Assembly (NCBI GenBank): GCA_043228905.1
Contig: JBHGNT010000010.1
Span: forward strand, 13,454,001 to 13,518,000
Direction: 5' to 3'
DNA from: Azolla caroliniana
Lineage: Eukaryota > Plantae > Polypodiophyta
Length of the DNA: 64,000 nt
The notes beneath the pieces were generated by a model. The model did no database searches. It saw nothing but the letters and a program-made list of their open reading frames with translations, and was not told where the DNA came from. This document shows, in pieces, positions 51,376-64,000 of this stretch. The translations under genes and the position numbers were made by a program. Within the stretch, counting starts at the first letter, position 1. Each line of letters begins with the position of its first letter.

Positions 51376-54300
51376 TGTAAAAACAAATAGTGTGCGGAAG
51401 CAATAGAAAACAGAGAACAGGTTTAATGGAGTACTTAACAGTACGCGGGAGAGAGAGAGAGAGAGAGAACAAGAATCTCTATTCAAAAAATTATATCAAC
51501 GCTTTGTACATAGTATGTGTTCAACGAACACTTTTATACAAGTCCATATGGACTGATAGAAGTACGGTGTACTTCAATGCTCACTCGAGCGTCTGACACT
51601 AACTACGAGAGTAATAACTCCCTAGTAGTCTAGATGCTACTAGGCTTCCGGTTACTGATGGATCCGGCTAACCGGCTCCCTAGCTCACCGGCTCTTTGCT
51701 CACTAGGTGCTCACCGGCTCAAGCTTATCCAGGCGATCCGGCTCCAATTGAGCTTGTTGCTCAACACTCCCCCTCAAGCTCAACTTGAGGTCCAGTCGTA
51801 GTGTCAACATTTGTGGCAATCGGTCCTTCTGCCCGGCTCTGTCTGGCGTCACTCCACCTTGCTCGCGCTCCTCGTCTGGTCCGATTTTGTTTGTTGCAAC
51901 CCCTCTTGTTCTGCGCACCTCGACCTCCTCGGTCGGCTTGTCTGCTCAATAGGCCCAATTTAGCTCCCTCGCTGCTGTGACTTTGGCACGTGCTGGTTAT
52001 CCGATTCCTTCATGTTGGCGTCGACTTTCGATGCCTTCTCATCCTCTTGGCCTTGAATTGATCTGGTTCTTCCGAATCTGTCTATTGAACCGAATCGAGT
52101 GTCTCCGATTCGTTCCAGCTCTTGTTCAAATCGGTTGCTCCCGATTCGTCTCCTAGTTCCAGGCCATTCACCACATCAGACCATGTCCGGGTCTTGGCCT
52201 TCTTCTTCCAGTCGGCTCTGTCCTTCTTGACTCTACCGCCGTTGCCGCTTGTTCCGACTTGTTCGGATATGTCTACTTCCTTTGTTGACTCGGCTCCTTT
52301 CTTCCTCTTGACTCTCCCTTTGTCGGTTCTTCCCCCACCGGCACAATCGGCAATCTCTTTGCCTTTGCCTGTTCGAGTGTCTTTGCCCATTCTCCCCCTC
52401 AACTGTGGCACGTCGAGATGCTGAACACCAAGCATTTCGGCGAAGTGCTGCAACTTGTCCGATCCGAGTGGTTTGGTGAAGATGTCAGCAACTTGCCGAT
52501 CCGTGTGAACATACCAAAGTTCGACCTCACCGCTCAAGACACGCTCACACACGAAGTGATAGTGCACTTCTATGTGCTTTGTGCGAGCATGGAATACGGG
52601 GTTCTTGGCGAGTTGCATGCTGCTTATGTTGTCGTAGTAGAACAAAATTGATCTGTAGGTCTTGCAGCAGTCACCGAAGCCAAATGCCTTCACAAGTGGC
52701 AATGGTAGCGCCCCGATACTCAGCCTCAGTCCTCGATAGAGCAACTGTTGGCTGCTTTTTGCTGCTCCACGCAACAACCGTGCTACCTAGGGAAAACATA
52801 TAACCGAAGGTTGATCGGCGATCTGATGCATCGCCGACCCAGTCGGCATATGTGTAACCGACCAGCTCTTCGGTTATATCGCACTGGTATAACAGTCCTC
52901 GGTCCTTCGTGCCGCTCACATATCGCAATATTCTGTGCGTGCACTAAAGATGCTCTACGGTCGGCTTCTGCATGAATTGGCTAATCACACCGACCGGATA
53001 GCTAATGTCGGGTCGGGTGATGGTCAAATATATAAGGCTTCCGACAATTTGTCGGAACCGTTTCTCATCGCAGGCCGATCCGGAGTTGGGACAAAGCTTC
53101 TGGTTCCGGTCCAGGCGGGTAGAGATAGGTCGGCATTCCATCATGCCAAACTTGTACAGCATATTCAACACATAGTGCCTTTGTGAGAGCAATTTGCTGT
53201 CGGGGGTTCGGATCACCTCGATCCCAAAAAAATAATGAAGGTCCCCCAGGTCCTTCATCTCAAACGCATCTGACAATTGGGACTTGATTCGGTTCATTTC
53301 ATCGAGTCTGGGTCCGGTGATGACAAGATCATCAACGTACAACAAGATGCAAACCGGACTGTCCAAACCTTGCTGAATGAACAACGAAGAGTCGGACTTG
53401 GAGGCCGCAAACCCCAACTTACGCAACCGGTCCGTGATCTTCGCATTCTAAGCTCGAGGGGCTTGCTTCAGGCCATAAAGTGACTTCTTCAGCCGGCATA
53501 CCGCCGACTTGTTCATCTCCGTCTGGAAACCGGGGGGTTGTATCATAAAGACCTCTTCTTCAAGATCTCCTTGAAGAAATGCATTCTTCACATCCATCTT
53601 GTGAAGGTGCCACCCCCTTACCGCTGCAACCGCCAACACCACACGAACCGTCATCATCTTCGCTACTCGAGCGAAGGTCTCATCATAGTCGATTCCGTGG
53701 GTCTGTGCATATCCCTTGTATCGGTTAGTTGAACCGTCGGCGTTGTACTTTACCTTGTACACCCACTTGCATCCAATCGGTTTACTATGACGGGGAGGGT
53801 CAACAGGTCCCATGTATCGTTGGCATCAAGTGCTCGCATCTCTTCTTCCATAGCGGCACACCAATGTGCGTCCTTTGCTGCTTCTGCGTAGCTCTCCGGT
53901 TCATGCACTTCTGCCACCTTGGTCATGTACGCATAGTGATGCGCCATGTACTCATTGTACCCGTACCGCTTAACAGGTTCCTTCTGGCTGGTTGACCGGC
54001 GTAAGCCACCGTTACCCGGTCTGAGGACCTTCTTGGCCGGTTCTGTCTTCGGTGCCGAAGAACCGTCATTTTCCTTTCCGGAGTCGGATCCACTCCGATC
54101 CGACTCATCAATACCGGTTCCATAATCCAGCATCTTCTTCTTCCCCTTCTCTTTGCGCGCGAACCGTCTCCTCGGTTCCTTGCGCGGGGAGAGCATGACA
54201 GAGTCTTCACTACTCATCGGTTCTTCTTCTGACTGGCCGGATTGGCCCAGTCTCTCATTCGGCCCACTCAACCGAAACGATTCCGGACTCTCTTCTTGAG

Positions 54301-57300
54301 TTCCGGATTCATCATCTTCTATCTGGACCGGTTCAAGCTCACTAGCCTCGTCCTCCGGTATCGGGTCGGGGTCAGAAGTCGAAGCTGGTAAGGCATACCA
54401 TGATACTGTCTCATCAAACTCAACATCGCGGCTAACTCGGACCTGCTTCATCCGGGGGTTATAACACTTATACCCCTTTTGCTCATGTGAGTAGCCTACG
54501 AGGATGCATTTCTCCGATTTTGCATCCAGCTCCCTCCGCTTCTCATCTGGCACATGCACATATGCTATGCTGCCGAAAATCCGAAGGTGTCTCAAATTCG
54601 ACTTCTGCCCAAAATACAGCTCATGCGCGAACACCTTGTCACCGATCCGGTTTTGGATGTAGACGGCCATCCGGACCGCCTCCGCCCAGTAGAAATGGGG
54701 CATGCTCTTCTCTTCCAACATTGCCCTTGCTGCGTCGACAAGCGATCGGTTCTTCCTTTCGGCCACACTGTTTTGCTCCGGTGTGTATCTACAGCTGAAC
54801 TCTCTCCAAATTCCTGTTTGTTGCAGATAACTGTTGAATTGGCCAGAAAAATATTCTTTTCCGCCATCTGACCGCAGGCACTTGATCTTCCTCTCCGATT
54901 CCCGTTCCACCATGCTCTGGAGGTTCCGGAAACAGTCGAAGACTTCACTCTTCCGCTGTCGAGGTATTCCTCACGGATGCGTGGAACGAGGCGGGACCTC
55001 GGGGGTCTTGTACCGAAGAGCAAGAGAGAAAAGGAGAAGGTGAGAGACCCACTAGGCGCGAGCGTAGATTCACAAGGACATGGCCCTTCGACACAAAGAC
55101 GCGAGTGCGACAGCGACACAGAGAGACACGAATGTGTGTAAAATATACATAAACAAGACACACAACAAGAAGCACGAAGTCGGTTACAACCGAACGGGCC
55201 AGCGAACAGATGCCGATGCCTGTTCGTAAATGCATAGAAAGAAAGGAGTAGGTTGGAGGTGCTGTCGGAAGCTCTCGGGCATTCCTCAGAGCAGCGCGAG
55301 CCTCCCGAAACCTGCACAGAAAGGAGCTACAGAGTATGGAAGAGAGAGAAGCCTTCGGCCCGCAATCCGACAACACTTCGTCCTCTCTATCCCCAGATGT
55401 CCCTTCTCCTCCTCGTCTCCCTCCTTTTATAGGCAAGAAGGGAGCCGTTTCCTATTAACTTCCTACCTACCGAGGATCTTCCATGTCCCTAATTCTCTCT
55501 TATGTATATCACAAGGCGTACGTGCATGAAGAGCCGGTTCCTATGCTTCGGCGCACCGATTCCGCTCGTGGACGGTTTTCTTCACGACACCGCTCAATGA
55601 GGTAGATCCATGTGTGCTGCCTATAGTCGTCGATGAAGGAGACGAAGTATCAACTCCCACCAAGACTCACGTTCTGTGTCGGTCCCCATACATCTGAATG
55701 AATAAGATCGAGCTTGTTACGGCTACGGTTTTGTTCGGCGGGGAATGGAAGCTAGTGTTGCTTTCCGAATTGGCAGGCTTCACATACTTGGGCCTTCCGG
55801 CCACTAAACTTCGGCAAACCGAAAACAACTTGTTTCGTTTGCAAGTCTTGAAGCCGCCGGTAATTGACGTGTCCGATCCGCTTGTGCCACAGGTCGATGT
55901 CCGATTCGACCTTTTGTCCTTTGGCGAACAAGGCCGTGCCGACGTCATTGGTGTCGAGGATGAACATCCTCCCATCTTTGCGCCCTTGCGCGATAATCTG
56001 GCCCTCCTCCTCGATGAAGCACCTGAGGTGCGTAAACCGCACCTGCATTCCCTGGTCAACGATCTGTCCGACCGACACCAGGTTCTTTGTGATAGTTGGA
56101 ACATGTAATACGTTCATCAGCTTCCCCCTCTGTCCGACGTGGCTCAGGGGAACTTCTCTGACATGCACAATTGGGTGAGGAGTGTCGTCTCCGGTTTCGA
56201 CAATTCCCGGTTGTTGCGGTTTCTCCAAGAAGGAGAACCACTCTTTGTGGCTCGTCATGTGATTTCACGCACCGGAATCAACGTACCACACTTCCTCTGA
56301 TTTGGAAGTGGTCTTCTTCATCGAGGCCGGCCCCTTACCTGTCTTCCCGGTTCTGGATCCTCTCGATCCTTGTGCATAGTGTGAGCTTTGCCAGTTCTCC
56401 CGACCTGTTTTGCCAGATCCGGATCTGTCCATATCGGCACGCTTCTTCCAACACTCACTTTCTTTGTGGCCCTTTTTACCACAGTACCAGCATTCCGTGG
56501 CGGATTTTTCTTGTCGGCTTCCGGCGCCGCCTTGACTCCCCTTGCTTGTGGAAGTCCCAGAACTGTTGTCGGCACAGTCTCTGTGCCGTCAATCTTGCCC
56601 TTGTCGGCCGCCTCCATTGCGTGGCGACCCGCCTCGTCCACCACGCCCACGGGGCCGATCCGCCTCCGTGTACAACATTCAGCTATCAGTGGGTGCACTT
56701 GTCGATGCACCGGCGTGGTTCTCCTCTACAAGGAGCATCAACTGTAAGTCGAAAAATGATGGTGTATTCTCCCTTGTACATACTGTTGTTCGGAAAGCTC
56801 GGAACTTAGATGCCAGGCCCCCAAGACAGACCTGTACCATCTCGTCTTCCGCTACCGTGACATTGATAGAGGCAAGCAAGTCACATATCTCTTTGATTCA
56901 GGCCGTGTAATCAGCCACCGACATGTCCTTCTGTCGGACATTGCTCAACTCCTGTCGGAGTTGCAACTTCCGGGTTGTGGTGCTTGCGGCGAACACCTTC
57001 TTCAGGTTTCCCCAAGCCTCTTTCGGCGTCCCGGCATCTCGGACATGGCTCAACAGCTGGTCTCCGACATTGGACGCAAAGCAATACATCACTCTACTTA
57101 CCGATTGTTCCCACACCGGGAAGTCCTTGTGTGCCGCATCAGGTGTTGTGTCGTTAGCTCCATCGACATAGCTCCAGTACCCATGCCCAAGCAGGTATTG
57201 GTGCATCTTGTAAGACCAAGATGCGTAGTTGGTTCTGTCGAGCATCTCCATAGTGAGCGAGCTAGCCATTCCTCTATCCATTTTGCTTCTCCTGTTCTTT

Positions 57301-57800
57301 ACAAAAGTTTTCCTTTCAAGCTATGTCGGCTGTAGAGGTTCTCAACCCTCACGCTCTGATACCATATAAAAACAAATAGCGTGCGGAAGCAATAGAAAAC
57401 AGAAAACAGAAAATAGAGAACAGAGAACAAGTTTAATGGAGAACTTAACAGTACACGGGAGAGACAGAGAGAGACAGAGAGAGAGAGAACAAGAATCTCT
57501 ATTCAAAAAATTATATCAACGCTCTGTACATAGTATGTGTTTAGCGAACACTTTTATACAAGTCCATACGAACTGACAGAATTACTGTGTACTTCAATGC
57601 TCACTCGAGCATCTGACACTAACTACGAGAGTAATAACTTCCTAGTAGTCTAGCTGCTACTAGGCTTACGATTACTGATGGATCTAGCTAACGGGCTCCC
57701 CAGCTCACCGGCTCTTTTCTCACCGGCTCATCGATCCGTCTCGCTCATCGGGTCAGGCTTATCCAGCCGATCCGGCTCCAATTGAGCTTGCCCCTCAATA
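51376..57800 (-). mobile_element. Full-length decayed Ty1/copia (family A-related) with 5-bp TSD
   Basis: LTRs 51376-51766 and 57365-57800. TSD GTTTG at 51371-51375 and 57801-57805. PBS TGGTATCAGAGC at 57353-57364. PPT GAGGGGGAG. Confidence 0.95.
54957..55589 (-). mobile_element. Solo LTR, 633 bp, with 4-bp TSD
   Basis: Termini TGTCG...CGACA. CCGC on both sides. Removing the LTR plus 4 bp restores host integrase YLIERKSEVF. Confidence 0.9.
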
Positions 57801-58762
57801 GTTTGTTTGTTGTTGTTTCCAAATGGGACATTCTTGATATGCTATATTGGATGGGTCGTGTCATCTCCTATCTCAACATATCCGGGACGTTCGGATTTTC
57901 GTAATTCCCGAAACCAATCTTCATGGGACGTCATGTGGTTGAATGCTCCCGAGTCAACAAACCATACATTCTCTGAGGGTGTGCTGCTTGTTTCACCTTG
58001 AGTCGCCATTAAGTGCGCTTTGTGCCTCATCACGAACATTCCGCTACGATTGTCATAGTCGGAATTCGATGCGTAATTCGTGAACATTCGACCGAACGAA
58101 GCGGAGTCTCGCTTCTTCTTTCGGCACTCCTCTTCGTAGTGTCCGAGTTTTCCGCAGTATACACATTCGATTGGGTTATTGCGATTGCTTGGTCCGGCGT
58201 GATGACTCCCCCATCTACCAAACTCTCTAGAGTTGTTCCTGTCCGCTTGCCATTGGTGGGAGTTACACTCTTGGATCCGCCGACGGTGACGGCCTTGTTC
58301 GAATCAACCTCTATCTCCACGGCCAAAATTTCTTCTATCATCTGACTGGCAGTAGAGCATCTGACCCTCTAGTGTGTTACTCCTTTGTCGGGCGTGATTT
58401 TCCTCGACCAGCAATATTGACTGGAAATCGAAAAAGGTGGGAGGATTCTCTCTTGCGAGGACGACAGACCTTATTGCGTTGAATTGAGGTGCCAAGCCTC
58501 CGAGGCATATCTGCACCATTTCTTCGTCGTCAATGCCAACATTGATCTCCGAGGGTATCACACAGCTCCTTGATCTTCAAGGCATAGCTGTCGATTGACA
58601 TGTCCCTTTGTTGAATGTCATTCAACTCCTGACGAAGCTAGAGTTTGCGGGCACCCGTATTGGCCGCGAAGATCTTCTTGAGATTGCCCCATGCTTCTTT
58701 CAGCGTTTTCGCCTCTCGAATATAGCCAAGCATGTATTCATGTACGCATGATGCAAGGCAAT

Positions 58763-61700
58763 TGTTAGCCAGCCGGCAAGGAGTGGAGGACAGTCCAAAA
58801 TGTGAAAGGGCAGGAATAATCGGAAGTTGTTGTTAGGATATTAAGTAATTAAGTATATTTTGAGAAGTGAACGGACAGACTGGAATCGGTATGCTGATCC
58901 GGATCCGAACCGGTTCATATTAGTGTGCCGGTTGGCACCATTTTGTATGCAGAGCCGGTGATCTAAAAAAAAGCATGGTTACATTGTAAATGAGGACAGA
59001 TAATTAATAAAGTCTATTGTCTTATCTCTGTGTATTGATTACCGTTCTGTGCTAATTACGTTCTATCTTACGCGTGTATTAGGATTCATGATATGTAGCT
59101 TAAGTAGTCGATAAAGGTTTGATTAATCGTTAGGCTAAGTTGCCTCGCCGTAACACCCTTTGGTGAACTGTCTTCCATAGACACCCTGTGTTAGGCTATT
59201 GTCCGGCCCTTAGGAGTAACACAGTTTTTGGCAACCACGATTCCTGCATAAGCGCAATGAACAAAGGTGGGAATGGATGACTAGACCAACGAGTGGACCG
59301 GCTATGGATCGAGCAAGGAGACTCGTTGAGCGGCTGCGGAAGCGAGAGGCCTTACAGCAGGCGGCGGAAGCATTTTCCAAAGTGATCCGGCGAGTGGCCG
59401 AGGAGTCACTCCATTTGCAACAAGATTTCCACCCTAACGAAGGAAGCAGCTTAAGTAGTCTTCGGGAAGCAAAATCCCTTCTGCAGGCATTAGCTGCAGG
59501 AGAAGGTGATTCAGAACCGTTTTCGGCCTTTGAATCGAACTCAAACAACGAATATAGCGCTCATTCCAATTACTGCAGCAGTCACGACACCCCAGACGGA
59601 CCGGAGGACGAGGAATCAGATACCTTATCGACACCGGAACTAGAATTGACAGAGCTGGAAGCCACAGACCGGCCAAGGACTGAGCAAACCCTGACACCCG
59701 AAGCAGAGGAGGAAAGACCTCCGACACCACCAGCCCGCGTTCCAACACTAGACGACAACATGTCGTTTCAATATCCTAAGTATCGGGATGATCCAGATGC
59801 AGAGGCCCACGTCTATGCATTTCAGCAGACCTGGGAAGCGAATCATGTGTCACAACGCTTAACCGCAGCCGAAGCAGAATGCTCAGAGATGGCAGAGTTC
59901 GGCATGACCCTGGAAGGGCCCGCCACCAAATGGTGCCTGACGTAAGATCCCAGCACCATCATGATGTTTGAGGCATTGAAAACTAAATTCTGACACTTTT
60001 TTCACAAAGAGGTGGATCAATGGGAAATGGTCGGCCTATTTTATACCATCCGCTGGGAGCCCACGGAGAACATTCACCAATTTGTAATCCGAATCTAGAG
60101 AATGCACAGCCAGCTCAGTCGGGCACCACCCAAGGAAGAGACTAAGGCGATATTCCTAGCACCACTTCGGGAACCCCTACGAACGGTGTGCACAGTCATT
60201 GATTTCCGCACGAGTTCCGTCGACCAGGTCATAGACCGAGTCAAGGAAATGGAAAACTCTAGCTCGTGGCTGACAATGGGGGCACTCCAACGAACGTTAC
60301 CAACCGATGAAGACCTCCGATTTCGACAAGCAATTCAATGTACGACTTGCTTGAATGCCGGACACTCGGCGCTGGAGTGCACCATGCGTTCTCAATGCCT
60401 ACTTTGCCATTCCAGAAACCACACAATGGATCGATGCGAGTATAACTTGTTGAATCGGCAAACACCATCGGTCCGCGAAATCGAACCACGGAGCAACCAG
60501 GAGGAGGAAGAAGAGTGCTGGCGGCGAGAGGAGCATTACCGGCTGACACAGGATGTCCAGTACAGTGATCGAAGAGACGTGTATGACCGCGACCGGTATG
60601 ATATATATGATACATATCGAGACTATAATGGGGAATGGAATGAGCGATACAACCGGGATCACTCCCCCGGTTACAACCCACGAAGGGAGGACTATGGCAA
60701 GTATGACGACCGGCCCCAACAGGATTACCAGAACAAAAAGCATTTCAACAAAAAACGGCATTTCAATAAAAAAGGGGATCACCAACGGGAGCCGGACAAG
60801 GGTACACCAAGCACCCAACCGGACCAAGGCCAAGCACTTACAATAAGATCTCAACCAGGTGCCGAAGCGAAAGCAGAATAGCAACACCTGGAAGGCTTAC
60901 TGCTACTATTGCCGACAAGAGGGACACTACAGTAACCAATGTCCGGTGAAAAGCTACGATAAGCAACCAATGGACATGGTGGTAGCGGAAGTCGCGGACA
61001 TACAACGAGTGGCCACGAGGTCAAAAGGAAAAGCAACGGAGTGGGAAACCCAAGAAGTCACCGAAGGCATGCCACCGAATGGGTAAAGAAGGGAAATGAG
61101 TGGAATGTGGCAGAACTGGAACAACAAAAAGAGAATCCAGAGGAGCCCACCAGCAATAGCCAGGTGGAAAACCCAACATGGCAGGTGTTGCAAGAATGTC
61201 AAATCATGTTGCCATTAGGTCGGCTATTGCAATAAGTACCTCGATTTACGGAAAGACTAAAGACGGGAATGACTGCGGCCGACACGCCACCGGCTCCGGC
61301 GTTCTTTTCTAATCCGAAGGACCGACGGTAGTGGACACGAGCAGTCCGGCTATCACAGCCATCGTCAAAGGACGAGAGCTACCCGGAACAATTATAGATA
61401 GAGGATCCAGTGTGAACGTTATTAGCCTCCGAACTTGTAATACCCTGGAAATCAAGGAATGGTAGTCATGCCCGTTTTGGCTCCGAATGGCGGACACAAG
61501 TTCAGTAAGACCTACCGGATTAATACAAGATTTGGAAGTGACTATCGAAGGTCAAGCATTCCACATTTCGGCAGTAGTCCTCCAGCTCAATGCACAAGGG
61601 GCATATCCACTGTTGTTGGGCTGCCCATGGCTAAAAACAACACATATCAAGCAAAACTAGCGGAAAAACATAATTACTTTCCAGCACGGCAAAGCAAAAA

Positions 61701-64000
61701 TATGAGTACCTACACGACCACGTTCGAGTACCGGCAAGGAGCTGACACCGTTGTATGCGGAATGTGTCAACATGCTTGAAGGATTGGCTGATGAAGAGGT
61801 CGATCAGTACTTACAGGAGAATCCGAAAATTGTACCTTTATTTGAAATTGATGTTGTCGAAGTAGTGGCACCATATATAATGCAGCCGAAGGATGCCGAT
61901 GAAGAACCGGATAAAGAAGCCATCAAAGAGTTATGGCAAGCGCAGGAAGCTTTGGAGAAGGAATTGGCAATATCTCAACACGTAAAAGGCTCTCAGTTGG
62001 AAGAGGTAAACCTAGGCACCGCAGAAGACACAAGACCGGTTCACATCGCCAAAGAAATGACTCCAAAAAGGAAGACGACAATGATCACCTTATTAAAGGA
62101 GTTCCGGGACGTGTTCACATGGTCTTACGAGGACATGCGGGGGCTAGATCCTCAGTTGTATCAACACCAGATACATCTGAGTAAGGATGCCAAGCCAGTG
62201 GCGCAACGGCGCTACCGGATGAACCCTAACTATGCAACAAAAGTAAGGGATGTAATCGACAAATTGTTACGGGTAGGGTTCATCCGACCGGTCAAGAAGG
62301 TGACATGGCTGAGTCCAATAGTCGTCGTACCGAAAAAGAATGGAAAAATTAGGGTATGTGTCGACTACCGGAAGTTGAATGCGGCAATAGTAACCGACGC
62401 CTTCCCACTCCCTTTTACGGATGGAGTCCTGGATGCAGTAGTTGGTCACGAAGTTTATAGTTTCCTGGACAGGTTCAATGGCTACAATCAGATCCGGATG
62501 CACCCTGATGACTAGGAGAAAACCGTTTTTGTTACCGAATGGGGAGTATTTGTCACCGTAGTCATGATGTTCGGACTTAAAACGGCGTCGGCAACCTTTT
62601 AGCGGATAATCATGGAGATTTTGGGAGAATTTATTCCAGCATTCATGCAGGTGTTCCTAGATGATTTCGCCGTGTACAGTCGGGAAGGGGAACATCTCCA
62701 ACACCTCCGACTATGTCTTGAGAAATGTAGGGTTTACCGGTTAAGCCTTAAACCAGCGAAATGCATGTTTGGAGTGTCAAGCGGTGCATTACTAGGCCAC
62801 ATTGTTAGCAAGGACGGTATTGCAATAGAACCAGACAAGGTCAAAGCAGTTTTGGAGGCACCGGCACCCACCACGACGAAAGCATTGAGTCGGTTCCAAG
62901 GACAAATCTGGTGGCATAGCCGGATGCTCCAGTATCTGGCAGACCTGGCCACACCATTGCATGTTGCTGTGCACCGGACACCGTTTAAATGGACGGACAC
63001 AGAAGAGAAGGCGTACCGGGCATTAAAAGTACTACTATCACAAGCACCGGTGGTGCAACCTCCTGATTGGTCTAAAGAATTCCACATATTCGTAGAGCGT
63101 CCGACATAGCAATGGGAGCGCATTAATGCAGCTTACCGAACCGAAGTGGTACTGGCCCGTGTATTATGCTAGCCGGAAGCTATCCCAAGCCGAACATAAT
63201 TACTCAATGACAGAAAGAGAAGCCTTGGGCATGATCTACAACATCACCAAGTTCCGACACTATCTATTGGGGAGGAAATTTTCCTTTCATGTAGACCATT
63301 CGGCGCTACTTTACTTGGTCTCAAAAGCATCACTCACGGGTAAGCTGGCCCGGTGGACGTTATTATTATAGGAATTTGAGTTCGAGATATTTCACCGGCT
63401 AGGCATACAACATGCGGTTGCGGATTATTTGAGCCAGTTAGATTCCGGTGAAACCGGTGACGGAGTCCGAGACGAGTTTCCGGATGCATAGTTGTTTAGG
63501 GTCACAACAGAAACGGCAACAAATGGTACGGTAGCTGAGGAGGACAAGTGGCTCATAAACATGCACCAATTTCTGAGCACCGGATTACCTCCAGAAAAGA
63601 GATTAAAAGAGACGAGCGGAAACGATTAGCAGTACAAAGCCAACACTTCTGCCTACTGTAGGACACATTGTACCATAAAGGCGCGGATGGCATATGGCGG
63701 CACGCGTTGCGCAAAGCACACTGCGGCGTTGCCGGAGGGCATTATGCTGGGGATCTCTACGGCAAGGAAAATATGGGAGAGTGGCCTATGGTGACCGACA
63801 ACATTAAAAGACGTCGTCCGGTATGCTAAGGAATGCGATTTATGTCAGCGGATGGGCCAACCAACAAAACAGGCAAGAATGCCTCACCAGCTGGTGCTGC
63901 TATTGGAACCATTTCAGAAATGGGGGCTGGACTTCGTCGGCCCATTTAAACCACCATCAATGAGAACCGGCAACCGATACGTGATTGTCGCTATGTGACA
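58763..64000 (+). mobile_element. Non-chromoviral Ty3/gypsy running off the window: LTR 58763-59221, gag (3 knuckles), PR, RT, RH, IN start
   Basis: Termini TGTTAG...GTAACA. PBS-like TTTTTGGCAACCAC. PR IIDRGSSVNVI. RT WLSPIVVVPKK and FLDD. RH YASRKLS..E.NYS. Confidence 0.9.

Larger units (their letters stand above)
48528..58762 (-). mobile_element. Copia family C (3' LTR 48528-48820), split by the 51376-57800 insertion and cut at 58763; most of RT deleted
   Basis: RH 49000-49600, IN 50400-51100, PR WFVDSGAFNH at ~57950, gag to 58760. Host reads NVPFGNNNKQ|TYLKNV across the insertion. Confidence 0.85.

Overview
Eukaryotic, gene-free plant heterochromatin. The Tcn1-like chromovirus and Trp-primed Gypsy elements suggest a seed-free plant such as a fern (inference). 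About 90% of the window is a nest of decayed Ty1/copia and Ty3/gypsy LTR retrotransposons. It includes two full-length copia copies with intact 5-bp TSDs (6293-12206, 51376-57800), four solo LTRs with TSDs, and many truncated or fused pieces. No host gene, rRNA, functional tRNA or CRISPR array is supported. Four things are not explained by the TE annotation. (1) A ~3.9-kb non-LTR block (43140-47023) holds a chain of orphan minus-strand ORFs joined by TAG|ATG, ATGA and TGATG stop-start junctions, downstream of a 33-bp palindromic repeat array. (2) A ~72-nt antisense tRNA-like A/B-box module sits near the U3 end of LTRs from three different Gypsy families. (3) One Gypsy element has a second aspartic protease in frame with the integrase C-terminus. 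(4) Two TGTCG-ended solo LTRs have identical 4-bp CCGC TSDs, suggesting CpG-centred targeting. Family labels A, B, C and E are my own working names. All coordinates were read by eye and no searches were run.
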